From: Mobula hypostoma
Lineage: Eukaryota
Assembly (NCBI RefSeq): GCF_963921235.1
Contig: NC_086097.1
Span: 167,340,001-167,404,000, forward strand
Direction: 5' to 3'
DNA: 64,000 nucleotides
The stretch's first letter is position 1; every line of letters begins with the position of its first letter. Made by a program: the position numbers and the translations under genes. The notes beneath the pieces are model-generated. The model was not told the DNA's origin, made no database searches, and saw only the letters and a program-made list of their open reading frames with translations. Shown here one piece after another: positions 24,165 through 37,691 of the stretch.

Positions 24165-25086
24165 AAGATGGTACCAAGATGCAGTCTCCATCGAAGTCAA
24201 AGTTCAGATTTAGGCTGGTTTTATTTGGGCTTGTAGGAATGGTTTTGGGGACAGGTTAGTGTTTAGAGAGCAGGGGTGTGAAGGAATTAGGGTTTAGGCC
24301 ACTGCTCTGCATTCAAAGGCCGGTGACGTGGTTGGATGTGGGAACGGCAGACTGCCGAGAATGAGGCTTCCTTTCAGACAGGAGACTGAGGTCTAATGAC
24401 CTCATATTTAAACAAATCAGAGAAACTGGCGTTCAGGACCTAGTGTCTGAGTGTCGTCATCGGCGAGTCTGGTGTTCAGGGCCTGGAGTTTGGATCCTCA
24501 TTTGTCATCATCATTGAGTCCTGGGTCAATACCAATGATCAGAGATCGAAGGTTGATTGGAAGTCCACATTGAAGCATGAAGCTCTATTGGAAGTCCAGA
24601 TCAAAGCACAAAGATTGATCAGAAGTCCAAACGTCAAGGTCCAACAGCTGGAGTCCACATTTTGCGAATCTTTGCAAATCCTCTAGGAAAATCAAAGGCC
24701 CAATGTCAGCGAATCCATGGGCCCACTAGAGACTGGAGGCTGCAGACAGTCTGTGCTGAGATTAGAGGTAGTATGTTCTGTTTGGATGTGTTCTGAGTTC
24801 TGCCGAGCATTGTGAGCATGCCAAGTTGACATCAGGATTTGTGGCACCCCAACACTTTGAATCATAGAAAAGTACAGCACAGAAGCAGGCCCTTTGGCCC
24901 ATCTAGTCTATGATGAACCATTTAAACTGCCTACTCTCATCAACCATAGCTATTCACACTTTTCTTAAATATTGAATGTGAACTTGCACTGGCAGCGCAT
25001 TCTTTGGGTGTGTTTGGTGTTAACACAAACAACACATTTCACTGTATGTTTCAATATACATGTGATAAATAAATCTGAATCTGAAC
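24165..25086 (+). mobile_element. Non-coding retroposon with Rex1-type tail and internal ~30-bp repeats
   Basis: Begins AAGATGG; recurrent GGAAGTCCA units at 24555-24660; ends AATAAATCTGAATCTGAA; CR1 tail piece inside at ~24860-24990. Confidence 0.45.
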
Positions 25087-27077
25087 CAGCTAAGATATCC
25101 TGAGGATGTCGCAGTGTCCTGCGGCTTGTTAGAGAACAACGTCCAATTATTCTCTAACTCAGCCATCTTTATTTGTAAGCAAGATATTGGGCACAGGAAA
25201 TTTGATTTAATTTGAGGTCAAATAGGGTGATTAAAATAAAGAAATGCACTCCAATAAGTTAACTTGGAAGTTTTAAAATATTGTTTCACTGATAATACTC
25301 CAAATTGGTGGTAAAATTCAAATTGGTAGAGCTTACGATTCCTTTCCCTGGCACACTTTAAACACTAGAGTTTAGTAGCACTATGATCACTTTGATCTCT
25401 TTGCAATAAAATTGACTTAATCTTTTTGTTCTAATCATGCTCTGCCAGGTAAAAATTGTGTACAATTTACGTTTAATTTACATTTGTCTATTGAATGCTG
25501 CTTATCTGATGTCATGTGCCTTTGAATTGTGCATACATCTATTTGTGCATATAACAATAAACTTGACATTGTTTTTCTTTGAGATTGCTGCATATGTCTT
25601 TCTAAGAGCTCATGTTGACTCAATGTCTGGGTGCTCTGGTCAGTGGTGTAACAGTAGTAACCTGGTCAGCAGAACTAAATTTCAGTAATATTAGTTTGCT
25701 CTGCATACATTTTACCAATTTCAATTCAGCTCTGTGTAATGGAGCTCTGAGGTCATTGTCTCGAGACTAAAATGACCAAAATTACCTGATTTTGCTGAAT
25801 GCTGGTAAAAATCATTTTAAAAAATACTGAATCGCATCAACAATAAAAACTGAAAAACTCAAGCTCTAATGATGCATTAAAAGTATTTTCTATTCACATG
25901 CAGTTCCAAAATGACATGATTTAATTAATGCTCTTCACAAACCTTGGCAAGAATAAGCTACATCAAAGGACAAATGAATAATATTAATCTCCCAGCATTT
26001 TCTGTGTTTGCCTGCTGCAGTCTGTCTAAGTGTTGCATGACATTGGGTTAAGTAGGCGTTTTAACCCTAACTTTGTATTTAGTTAAGATGTCACTCCACT
26101 ACTTGTGGGACTGTGTGAGGTGGCTAGTTGAGCTTCTTGTTCAGTCATGCTGCATCATTCCTCTCAAATTTTATCAGGTTATAGATCGCAGAGAGTCATT
26201 CAACACAGGAAAAGGCCCTTTGACCCCTCCCCATGCATTCTGACCTTCAATTATCTGAATATATTAATCCCATTTACTAGCACTTGTTCTGTAGCCTTCA
26301 ATCTCAGTCTCTGAAACATTGCCAGTAAAAGAAGTGAATGCATAACAGTAAAAAAAATGTTGTAAGAGTAAATTCACTAGATCACTCTGGCTTTGGCTGG
26401 AGGAAAAATATGAAGACAATGGAATGATATTCTAACTACAATAGTATTCTAACTAACCCCAACTATCTATCAAATGCATGGCCGAAGTAAATTATGTGTC
26501 CATATATTTCACTAAATCAGCTGATAGAATCAGGGCTGCATTAGAATAAGGAGGAAGATGGGCATCTGTCCTTTATGAATTCAAATTCAAATTCGAATCA
26601 GAATCAGGTTTAATATCACTGGCATATGTGTGAAATTTGTTAACTTTGCGGCAGAACTATAATGCAATACATGATAATATGGAAAAATAACTGATTTACA
26701 GTAAGTATATATATGTACAATAAATAGTGAAGTTAAAATAAATGGTGCAAAAACTGAAATAAATAAAAAGAAATAGTGAGATAGTGTTCATGAGTTCAAC
26801 TTCCATTTAGGAATCAGATGGCAGAGTGGAAGAAACTGTTCCTGAATCACCTTCAGGCTTCTGTATCTCCTTCCTGACAGTAACAATCAGAAGAAGGCAT
26901 GCTCTGTCTGTGCTGATCCTTGCTCTGAATACCTGAAGTAGCATTCGTGTATTGTGTAAGAGCTCGCAGGTTTGCAGGGCTGCAGGGCTGCCCTTCGTGA
27001 CTGTGCTTTCTGTCAGAATGGAACTAGTAGTTGCAGTCACCATGGCCTGTGATAATACTGATGTGCTAACACATAGG

Positions 27078-28083
27078 GTCATAGAGTTAACACCAAGAAA
27101 CAGGCCCTCTTGTCCATCTCATGCCAGCTGAATTGCCCTGTGAACTAGGCCCATTTGCCTGTGTTTGGTGCATAGCCCTCTAAACTTCTCCTATCCTTGT
27201 ACTTATCTGGATGTTTTTTAAATGTTGTTGATCTGCCTACCCTAACCACTATTTCTAGCAGCTCACTCCTCACTTTGCGTGAGGAAGCCGCTCCTGATGT
27301 CCCTCTTAAATCTCTTGCTTCAGATCTAATACCTGTTTTTAGCACCCTCTCCCTGGGAAAAAGATGATGTGTCCCGTTGCCGATGCCTCTCATGATCTTG
27401 TGTACTTCTATCAGCTCACCACTCAATCTCCTGCATTCCGGGGACCTCTCCTTGTAACTCAGACTCCCAGGTCTAGGAAACATCCTGCTGAATCTTTTCT
27501 GAACTCTTTCAAAACAGTACTTCATTGTGGTCTCACCAACATCTTACCTAACTGCAGCATAACTGTCCAACTCCAATACTCTGTGACCAGACTGATGGCC
27601 AGAATGCCAAATGCCTTCTTCACAACCCTGTCTACCTGTGACACTGTTTTCAGTTACTATGCACATACACTCCTAGGTCCCTCTGTTCCACGATACTCCA
27701 CCAAGGTCCTATCATTCACAGTACACGTCCTACCTGATTTGATCTAATAAAATGGACTACCTTACGGTTATCTGGATTGAAGGCCAATATATCTGGACGG
27801 GCCTCTGCAATTTCTTCTGTAGCTTCTCACGAAGTTTGAAAAATGCACTAAGCCAGGCCTTGTGGATTTATCCACCTTAATACACTTTAAGGCTACCAAT
27901 CCCCCTCCCTATGGTATAGGAGAACATCAGTCATTTGCACCATTTCCTTAGTTTCCATCATTTTCTACACAGGAAAAACTGAGAAGAAATGCTCACTAAA
28001 AATCTCTCTCATTTCCTTTAGTTCCACACACAGATGGCCATGCTGAACTTTAAGGGAATCTACTCTCTCCCTCGACACCCTGT
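27078..28083 (-). mobile_element. Decayed CR1 ORF2 fragments
   Basis: ERVQKRFSRMFP and ELIEVHKIMRGI (27145-27525); EMREIFSEHFFSVF (27965-28186). Confidence 0.75.
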
Positions 28084-28140
28084 TTGACAGGAGTTCGGTG
28101 ACAACCCAAGTGCAGAGGAAGAGACACAGAAATGGAATGA

Positions 28141-29662
28141 TCAACACACACAAAACACTAGAGGAACGCAGCAGGTCAGACAGCATCTATGGAACGGAGT
28201 ACAGTTGACGTTTTGGACCGAAACCCTTCGGCGGGACTGGAGAGAAAAAGCTGAGGGGTTGGTTTAAAAGGTGCAGGGAGGGACGAGAGAAACACCAGGC
28301 AATGGGTGAAACCTGGTGGGGGAAGGATGAAGTAAAGAGCTGGGAAGTTGATTGGTGAAAGAGACGGAAGGCCATGGAGGAAAGAAAAAGGGGGAGGAGT
28401 GCCAGAGGAAGGAAATGGGTGGGCAAAGAGATAATATGAGAGAGGGAAAAGGGGATGGGAAATGGTGAAGGTGGGGTGGGGGGGGGGCATTACCAGAAGT
28501 TTGAGAAATCAATGTTCATGCCATCTGGTTGGAGACTACCTAAACAGAATATAAGGTGTTGTTCCTCCAACGTAAGTGTGGCCTTATCACAACAGTGGAG
28601 GAGGCCATGGATGGACATATCTGAATGAGAATGGGAAGTGGAAGTAAAATGGGTGGCCACTGGGAGATCCCGCTTGTTCAGGCGGACAGAGCATAGATGC
28701 TCGGCAAAGTGTACTCCTAGTCTACGTCGGGTCTCACTGATTTACAGGAGGCCACATGGAGAATACCGAACACAATCAATGACCCCAACAGACTTACAGG
28801 TGAACTGTCGTCTCACCTGGAAGGACTGTTTAGGGCCCTGGAGGTGTAGGGGCAGGTGTAGCATTTGTTCTGCTTGCAAGTATAAGTGCCAGGAGGGAGA
28901 TCAGTGGGGAGAGACAAATGGACAAGGGAGTTGCATAGGGAGCAATTTCTGCAGAAAGCAGAAAGTGGGGGTGAGGGAAAGATGTGCTAGGTGGTGGGAT
29001 CCCATTGGAGATGGTGGAAATTGATGAGAATTATGTACTGGATGCGGAGGCTGGTGAGGACAAGAGGAACCTATCTGCCAGTACAAGTGGGATCTCCCAG
29101 TGGCCGCTCGTTTTAATTCTACTTCTCATTCCCATTCTGGTATGTCCATCCACAGCCTCCTCCATTGGCAGGATGAGGCCACACTTAGGTTGGAGGAACA
29201 ACACCTTATATTCCATTTGGGTTGTCTCCAACCTGATGGCATGAACATTGATTTCTCAGGCTTCTGGTAATGCCCGCCCACCCCACCCCCTCACCATTCC
29301 CCATCCGCTTTTCACTCTCTCACCTTATATCCTTGCCCGCCCATCGCCTCCCTCTGGTGCTCCACCTCCCCCCCACCTTCTTCTTTCTTCCATGGCCTTC
29401 TGTTTCTTTCACCAATCCACTTCCCAGCTCTTTACTTCATCTCTCCCCCTCCTGGTTTCACCTATCACTTTGTGTTTCTCTCTCCCCTACCCCACCTTTT
29501 AAATCTACTCCTCATCTTTTTTCCCCAGTCCTGCCAAAGGGTTTCTGCCCGAAACATTAACAGCACTTTTTTCCATAGATGCTGCCTGGCCTGCTGAGTT
29601 CCTCCAGCATTTTGTGTGTGTTGCTCAGATAACCAGCAACTGCAGATTTTCTCTTGTTTGTG
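28141..29662. mobile_element. Penelope-like element with inverted ends, GIY-YIG remnant and 15-bp TSD
   Basis: 28141-28680 is the reverse complement of ~29083-29625; minus strand reads CKQNKCYTC..VIDCVRYSPCGLL*ISETRRRLGVHFAEH; flanks ACAGAAATGGAATGA (28126-28140) and ACAGAAATGGAGTGA (29663-29677). Confidence 0.85.
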
Positions 29663-29677
29663 ACAGAAATGGAGTGA

Positions 29678-30955
29678 ACTGTTCCCTGAGTTTCATTCAA
29701 AGCTGTACAAAACTAAGGAAAATAATAAATGCTAGGCCAACAGGGCCACTAACTAAACACTCTCAAACTAACTTAAAACTAATGCTGTCACCGTAGGTCC
29801 AAAGCAGTAACCTAGAACTTAATTAATATTGGTCATCTATCTAAATCACTAATTTTCTTTCCCAGAGCATGGACCAAGGTAAGCAGAGCACATTGTCATC
29901 ACTGTGCTTCAATCAAGACTTGAGAAGACTGAAACAAAAGGAAGACAGTTAAATGCAGCTACAAGGAAACCCTAATTGGTTGGAGTATCTGCATTCGCGT
30001 AAATCGGAGGATTACTGTGGAAATGTGGATCTTGTTGATACCCAACAGCTGACCATCAGAGCCTTGATATCAAAATTTTCTCTCAATTGTTGAGCGAGAA
30101 CTCCCCATCTCCGAGCCTGAGAGATATCCATGAAGTTCCCGGCTGCCCTGGAGTCAATAAATGCCTGAAGCTCATGGGTTAAGGGGCCTCATAATAGGGA
30201 AGCTGGGAGCATTACTTGATGAGGGAAAGGTGTTTGCAGAGAGAATCGACCCATCAGAATTCCCCTTCTTACTGACAGGTCTTCCCTTTTACTGGGTGCT
30301 TGGGAATAATGCCCAGAAGTATCCTGGAGAACGCAGTACAGGTAAAAACCTGTTTTTCTGTGCCATTCTCATTCCTCCTGAGAGAGATCTGCCTCTGCGT
30401 GGAGTGTGTACAGGATGAAAAGAGAGGGAGTGAAGACTGGTGATGATCTGGTGAGTAGAAGGCTCGGGGCAATTTCTCTTTGCACCACTCAGTTGCTCAG
30501 TCGTCTATTCAAATGGCCAGATTTGTCAGGTCATCCAGGGTGTCGTATCCATCACACCCTGTGATCTCACACTGGACCTCTGTACTCAGCCCATGCCGGA
30601 AAGCAGTGATCTCTCGTTCCACCCCACCTTAAGTATAAGAGGGCGGAACTTCACTGCATAGTCCCTCACTGACCTTCTCCCTTGGCGCAGATCCAGAAGT
30701 TGGTGGGCAGCCTCCTGGCCCCATACTGGAAGGTCAATCCTACTCTTGAACTTAACTACAAATTGCTGTAAAAACTGGGCTGCAGGAGAACCTTGTTCTT
30801 GTCGGGCATTGAAGAGGCTGAGTGGGGTCCACCTAAGAAATTCACCATGTAAGCCAGTATACATGCACCATCTCTGCATTGACCCGGCTGGGCTTGCAGG
30901 ATTAGCTCACACTGGATAATAAAGTTTTTGCAGCCGTTGGGATCAATGGAGTATT
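29678..30955 (-). mobile_element. Ty3/Gypsy relic (gag, protease, probable LTR continuing at 28085-28140)
   Basis: DPNGCKNFIIQCELILQAQP and LLDLRQGRRSVRDYAVKFR (gag); FIDSRAAGNFMD near 30125-30165 (protease). Confidence 0.8.
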
Positions 30956-30957
30956 TT

Positions 30958-31490
30958 CTTGTTTTTTTGTGTAGGGTGGTGAGGGATTTCGGCGTTAACA
31001 TCCCTGATTAGTTTTGTTCATTTTTTTTGTGTGGGAGGACGGATTTGGGGGTCAATGGGCCTGATCAGTTTTTGTTTGGTTTTTTTTGTGCAGGAAAGGG
31101 GATTTGGGGGTCGATGTGCTTGATCCGTTTTAATCTTTTTTTGTGTGCGTGGGAAAAGAGATTTGCGAGTCAATGTACCTGATCTGTTTTTGTTCATTTT
31201 TTGTGCAGGGAAGGGGATTTGGGGGTCAACGTGCCTGTTCTGTTTTGGTTCATTTTTGTTGTGGGGTGGTGGGATTTGGGCAGGGGGGTGTTGATGTGCC
31301 TTATCAATTTTGTTCTTTTTTTTTGAGCGTGTGAGAAAATGGACTTGGGGGTCAATGTACCTAATCTGTTTTTGTTTGTTTTTTTTTGTGCAGGAAAGGG
31401 GATTTGGGGGTCGATGTGCCTGTTCTGTTTTGTTTTTTTTGTGGGGAGGTGGGATTTCGGGGTTGATGATCGTGCTGCCTTTCTTTTCTT
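30958..31490 (+). repeat. ~62-bp G/T-rich minisatellite, about 8 degenerate copies
   Basis: Recurrent TTTTTTGTGCAGGAAAGGGGATTTGGGGGTCRATGTGCCTGATCTGTTTT; followed by AATGAACCTTTGAACCTT tail at ~31550. Confidence 0.85.
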
Positions 31491-32489
31491 GATTTCATGG
31501 CTACTCAGAGAACTGAAGAATTTCAGAGTTGTATACTTAATTAATTAATGAACCTTTGAACCTTTTCTCTTATTGTAACTTAGAGTATTTTTATGTATCG
31601 CTCTGACTGCTGCTGTAAAACAATATATTTCGTGACTTTGATAATAGACCTGTTTCTGGTCCTGACAATCTGACATAAATCTCCTCTTCTATAAAGATTT
31701 AGGCTCCCCAGAAGTAGAAACATTTTTCTGAATCCAGAGAAATATATAATATGGAAAGAGACTGTTGCACCTGTGCTCTCCCTTGAAAGAGATATTTTCT
31801 CAGTTCAATTACCTCTTTTCAAACGTTTTCTTCACTGTGAGTATTTATCCAGTTCACTTTAGAAAATTACTATTGATTCTGCTCCCACGACCCATTGCAG
31901 AATAGTGCAAATCAGTATAACTCACTGTACAGAAAAACATTGTCTAGCTTTCTCACCAGTTACCTTAAATCAATGTTGTCTGGTGACCGTCCCATCCACC
32001 AATGAAAACAGTGTTTCCTTATTCACTCCATCAAAGTCTTTTACAGTTTTAAATGCCTGTTAAATCTCTCTATAACTGCCTGAAGGAAAATAATCTCATT
32101 TTCTCCATTTACATAAATATTGTGAATCTCAGCGAGATCTTGACATATTTCTTAAAATGTTTCAACTAGAATTGGACATAAAACTCCAGCAGCAGCCAGC
32201 CAGTGATTTGTAAAGTAGTTGCACAACTTGTACTCGTTGTGTATATTTTGAAAGCAAAAGCTCCAAAAAACATTTTGTTCCTTGTGGTAAATGAATATAG
32301 CATAGACTCAAGTAGAGTGTAATTACAAACCTGAATAAACCATTACTACTTGTCTCTGTGCTTCTCTCCATATTTCCTGCATTTAAAATATTGGGAAAAG
32401 GAGTGTGCAAACATTACAAATTGGTGACAAGATAAACATTTTAGAGATTGGATTTAGAGTCCAGAAAGGTATGTTTTTCAAAGGCTTTA

Positions 32490-33847
32490 TAGTGGTGCTG
32501 GAAAGTTTGTGAACCCTGTAGAATTTTCTTTATTTCTGCATAAATATGACCTAAAATGTGATCAGATCTTCATGTAACTCATAAAACGAGATAAAGAGAA
32601 TGCAATTAAATTAAAGAACACAAAAGCATTATACTTGTTCATTGAGAAAAATCGTCCAATATTACATGTATTTGTTGGATAAAGTATGCGAACCTTTGCT
32701 TTCAGAAACTGGTGTGACCCTTGTACAGCAATAACTTCAACCAAATATTTCTGGTAATCGTTGATCAGTCCTGCACATAGGCTTGGATGAAATTCAGGCC
32801 ATTCCTTTTTACAAAACTGCTCTAACTCTGGGATGTTGATGAGCTTTCTTGCATGAACTGCTTGCTTACATAACATTTCTATAGGATTAAGATCAGGACT
32901 TTGACTTGATCACTCCAAAACACAAATTTTCTTCTTTTTAAAATATTCTGTTGTTGATTTACTCTTGAGTTTCAGGTCATTGTTTTGTTGCATTATCCAA
33001 CTTCTGTTAAGCTTCTGGTGACGGACTGCTACCCTGGCATTCTCCTGTAATGTCTTGATACAATTTTGAATTCATTGTTCCCTTAATGATTGCAAGCTGT
33101 CCTGGCCCTGAGGCAGTAAAGCAGCCCTAAACCTTGATGCTCCTTCCAACATGCTTCACAGTTGGGATGCGGTTTTGGTGTTGGTGTGAGTGCCATTTTT
33201 CCTCCAAACATGGCAATGTGCTTTCTGCCAAAAAGTTCAGCTTCTGTCTCATCTGTCCACAGAGCATTGTCCTGGAAGCATTGTAGAGCATCCAGGAGTC
33301 TTTTGCAAACTTGAGACATGCAGCAATATTTTATTTTGCAGATCAGTGCTTTCCTCCATGGTGTCCTTCCATGAACACCATTCCTGCTCAGTGTTTTTCA
33401 TATAGAGGACACATGAATAGAGAATTTAGCAAGTTCTAGAGATTTCTGCAGGTCTTTTGCTGTTATCTTTGGGTTCTTTTTCACCTCCTTCAGCATTGCA
33501 CATTGTGCTTATGGTGTGATCTTTGAGGGATGTCTACTCCTGGGGAGAGTAGCAACAGTACTGAGTTTCTTCCATTTGTAGATGGTTTCTCTTACTGTGG
33601 ACTGATGAACACTCAGGTCTTCAGAAATGCTTTTGTAGCCTTTTCCAGCTTCATACACCTCTACAATACTACTTCTAAGATCCTCTGAATAAATAAATGT
33701 ACAAGTATAATGTTTTGTATTATTTATTTAATTGGGTTCTCTTTATTTAGTTTTAGGACTTGCGTGTAGATCTGATCACATTTAAGGTCATAGTAATGTG
33801 GAAATAGAGAAAATTCTATTGGGTTCACAGATCTTCTTGCACCAATG
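32490..33847 (-). mobile_element. Tc1/mariner DNA transposon, internally deleted
   Basis: ~155-bp imperfect TIRs (32490-32643, 33698-33847) flanked by TA; minus-strand motifs LWTDET, QQNNDLK, WSSQSPDLNPIE. Confidence 0.9.
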
Positions 33848-35119
33848 TAGATAAAAAATGAGGTCAATATTATCTTCAGAAGAAAGGCAGCAGGTTGAAG
33901 TCATGCCAGCTCTGATAAGCTAACTCTGAGCAAGTATCAGAAGGTATAGACACAAGGGGGAATGCTGGCCAAATACAACACAGCAGAGGAACCTTAGTTT
34001 ACTCTTTCTTATACGCCATTTGGAGATTGCAGACTGCATGATTAGATTGGCCTTGTTCAGTCCTCAGTGACTGGTCAGTGGGCCACCAGCAGAAATCACG
34101 TTGTACAATGACCACCACAGCCAGATGACCTAGCAGCATTTCAACCAACTGCTTATTTTCAAGGGTCTTATCTCTTTTTTTCAGCAGTAAGTTATGATGT
34201 TCCTTGGTCCCTTGATTCTCAGGAAGGCAAGTAGACTTTGCCTCATCTCTTAACCCCTCAGGTCTCCATGTAATCTGTTTCATACCACACTTGTTTCTTT
34301 AGCTTCTAACCAACTTCCCTGTGTTAATTTGCAAATTCCATTCTCTTTTAGACATAAATATTGTTCAAATCTATTACCGTATTCCCTCTAAACACTTAAT
34401 TCATGTAGTTTCTCAAGATTTAGGTGGTTAACTGGACATTTTGAGAATTGTACCAGGAACTATCTCCATGTACTTTTGTTTTGATGGGATGCAAAGCAAA
34501 GCTTTTTACTGTATCTTAGTACATGTGATAATAATAAATTATTACCAATTACCAGAAAGGTGGAAAAACTTGTACACTCTGGTGTGATATCATCAGTATA
34601 ATGTGATCAACTGTAGAGGAGCACAAGCTTGTTACCCAGTGGAAACTCTGGCAGGTAGGATTTTAGTTGTGACCTTTGCAGTTAAATAGTCATGAAGTAA
34701 TTGGACCCATCTAGTTCATGCTGCCTGTTCATCACCTACTCCCATCTATCGGCACCTGGACCATAGCCCTCGATACCTCTCTCATTCGTGTACTTACCCA
34801 AACTTACCTTAAATATTACAATTTGACCTGCATTTCACCACTTCCACTGGCAGTTCCTACAGAATACACGTGAAATTATTCTTAGATTAACTAAGACAAT
34901 GTATATTGATGATGAGAATATATCTGCACCAAAACTGTATCTTAAGGAAGCTGTAATAGAAAACTGAAGCAGAAAATGCTAGAAATACTCTTTAATATAT
35001 ATTCATTTGAGGGATACCAGCTTTGCTGGCAGAGCCAGCAGTAAATTGCCCATCCTTAATTAAATTTGAGAGGGTGGTGGTGAGTTCCTTTAGTTATTTA
35101 GCATGGTTATTTAGAGATG

Positions 35120-35340
35120 CAGCCTCTTCTGGCCCAATGAGCCTGCAACATCCTCTTACACACATATAACCAATTAATGGATTAATTATGAGTCTTTGCA
35201 GAGTAGAATGAAATCGAAGCACCCGGAGGAAGCCACAGGGTCATGGAGAGAATGTACAAACACCTTGCAGACAGTGGGGGAACTGAAGCCAGGACACTGG
35301 TGCTGTAATAGTGTTACACTAACCGCTACATTACTGTGCT
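35120..35340 (-). mobile_element. V-SINE copy, decayed
   Basis: GAAATCGAAGCACCCGGAGGAAGCC is the reverse complement of the V domain; tRNA-like head at ~35280-35340. Confidence 0.6.
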
Positions 35341-36164
35341 TTTTTGAACTGTTGCAGTCTTTGAGGAGTGGACATACTCACAAAGCTGTTACGGAGGGAC
35401 TTCCAGGATTTTGACACAGCAATTTTGAAGGAATGGAAATATATTTCCAAGTCAGAAGGGTGTGGACTTGGAGGCCAACTTTTAGTCAGTCATGCTTCCG
35501 TGCTTTTTCAGCCCTCGTTCTTCTCTCTGGGAGAAGTCATGGGTTTGGAAGGTATTATCAGAGGAGCTTCTGTGTAAGATGTTGCTAATGTGCATCAATG
35601 GTAGTATGAGTGAATAGCTCAAAGATTAAGCAGCATCTGTGGAGGAAACAAGCAGGACTTGCTAAAGGGTCTCGGCCCGAAACGTCGACTGTACTGTTTA
35701 CCATAGATGTTGCCTGGCCTGAGGAGCTCCTCCAGCATTTTGTGAGAGTTAACATAAAGATTGTATTGATGACTTTTCATCAAAATAACCATCAGCCTAA
35801 ACATTTAACTCTCTTCCATAAGTTCTGAAATTTGTTGTTGGTTGCAGTTGTACAGCGCAAGACATAAAAATTTCTTTAAGTTGCAAAAATATATAAGTAT
35901 TTCAAAATGAGGTAAAGTTCCACATTATGTGTTCAATGATAAGTGAGTTGTTTGATCAATGAGTCAATTCAATTGAAATTATTAAACACAAATGTAATAT
36001 ATTTTGGCCTTGTGCATAGAACAACTATTTCAATAAAAATGGCATTGAGAAATTCCGAAGAATTTTATCCAGTGAAAGGTACAAATGTAACAGTGGTTTA
36101 TGACTGAAGTGTGGTAAGGACTGCAGTACTATTCTACCTATGTTTGCAAAATGTTTCATCTGCC

Positions 36165-36271
36165 TGAGTAACATACACAATATGCTGGAAGAACCCAGCA
36201 GGTCAGGCAGCAACAGGCATAGATGCTGCCTGATCTGTTGAGTTGCTCCAGCATTTTGTGTGTATTACTCA
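36165..36271. repeat. Fold-back of two Penelope-derived termini (48-nt arms, 11-nt loop)
   Basis: 36165-36212 is nearly the reverse complement of 36224-36271. Confidence 0.85.
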
Positions 36272-37691
36272 TCAATGGCAAGGAAGTGTCAAGCCAAAGG
36301 AAATTGACCCGTTGGATCAGCAAGTGGAACAATGATATTGCTGCAGTCATGGACACATGGTTGAGGGAAGGACAGGAGCGGCAGCTCAGTGATCCAGGGT
36401 TTAGATGTTTGCAAAAGGGAGGGAGTATGCTCTGCCAGGGAACTCTGGAGAATGAGTTTTTAGCTGGTTTTAATATTTAAGACTACTGGGTGTTTGGTAA
36501 TGGGGTGACTGAGAAACATTTTTCATTACATAGAAATTTGCAATGAGTAGGCTTTGTTTTTAGAATGAGAGACCATTGATTTAAGGTGAGAATGAAAAGG
36601 AATTTCTTTTTTCAGAGCGCTGTGAATCTTTGGAATACTTCACCCTGTTCAATATATTCAAGACGTACATAGGCAGGAAAGTGGAGCTGAGCCTAGGATT
36701 AGATCGGGCATCATTTTATTGATAAGCAGAATAGGCACAAAGGACTGAACCAGCCTTTCCTGATCCGACTTTTTAAATTATGTTCTCAGAACAGGTTATT
36801 GTATTTCATGTGTGGTCCATTTAAGGTCTGATTCAATTTTAACACTTTACCCTCCTCAATATGGTCCCCAGTGCTTGGTATATGTTGTGTACCAAACTGA
36901 CAATGTCTTTTAGCAACATCTAAGCCTTCTTGATTCCCAGCAATGCAATCTTCCCAATGCAGGAACAACTGTGTTAGCAATCCTAATGCATTCTATTCTC
37001 CATTAGGTGTGTGTGGGTGTGAATCAACTATGTGTAAATGAGGATATAAAGGAAAATGGACATTTTATATTTCCGGATAATTGTGTGTATTATTAGAGTT
37101 CTGCTAAATCATATCTATATTGTTGAGAATATGAATAATATTTGGGAATATGAGTTCACAAAAATTGAACATCAACAAAAATACAATTTGAGGAAGAGTT
37201 GTAATCAATTCAAATCTGATGACTGACTCTTAAAAGCCTGATACTTTGACAATAAGTAGCAATTCCTCTTGGGGTTCTTGCACAATAATGTTGTGGGCAC
37301 TATGAAAGCAAATCAGATATATATCTGAAGTATGATTGTAATATTAATCTTACAGTACATCATTCTGCTCTGCGCCATTTATTGAATCAGGATTCTGTAC
37401 TGTGCCACTTAGGAAGCCTTTCATTGATTACCCAGTTTAGGAGTATTGGTTTATCATTAACTAAAATGTTGCATGTCTAACAGAAATATTTGAGTTTTAC
37501 CAGAACAGCTATTTCCTTCTAAAGCAAGTGAACAAATGGCATCTTAAAATCATATTTCACTGATGTACTCCAAGCCAAAGCCCTGTCCAAAATAGATACT
37601 CAAGAGAATGCAGATAGTGGAATCTAGAGCAAAAAAATGTGCTGTTGGAGAAACTCGATGGGTCAGGCAGCTATGGGAGAAAGTGGACAAT

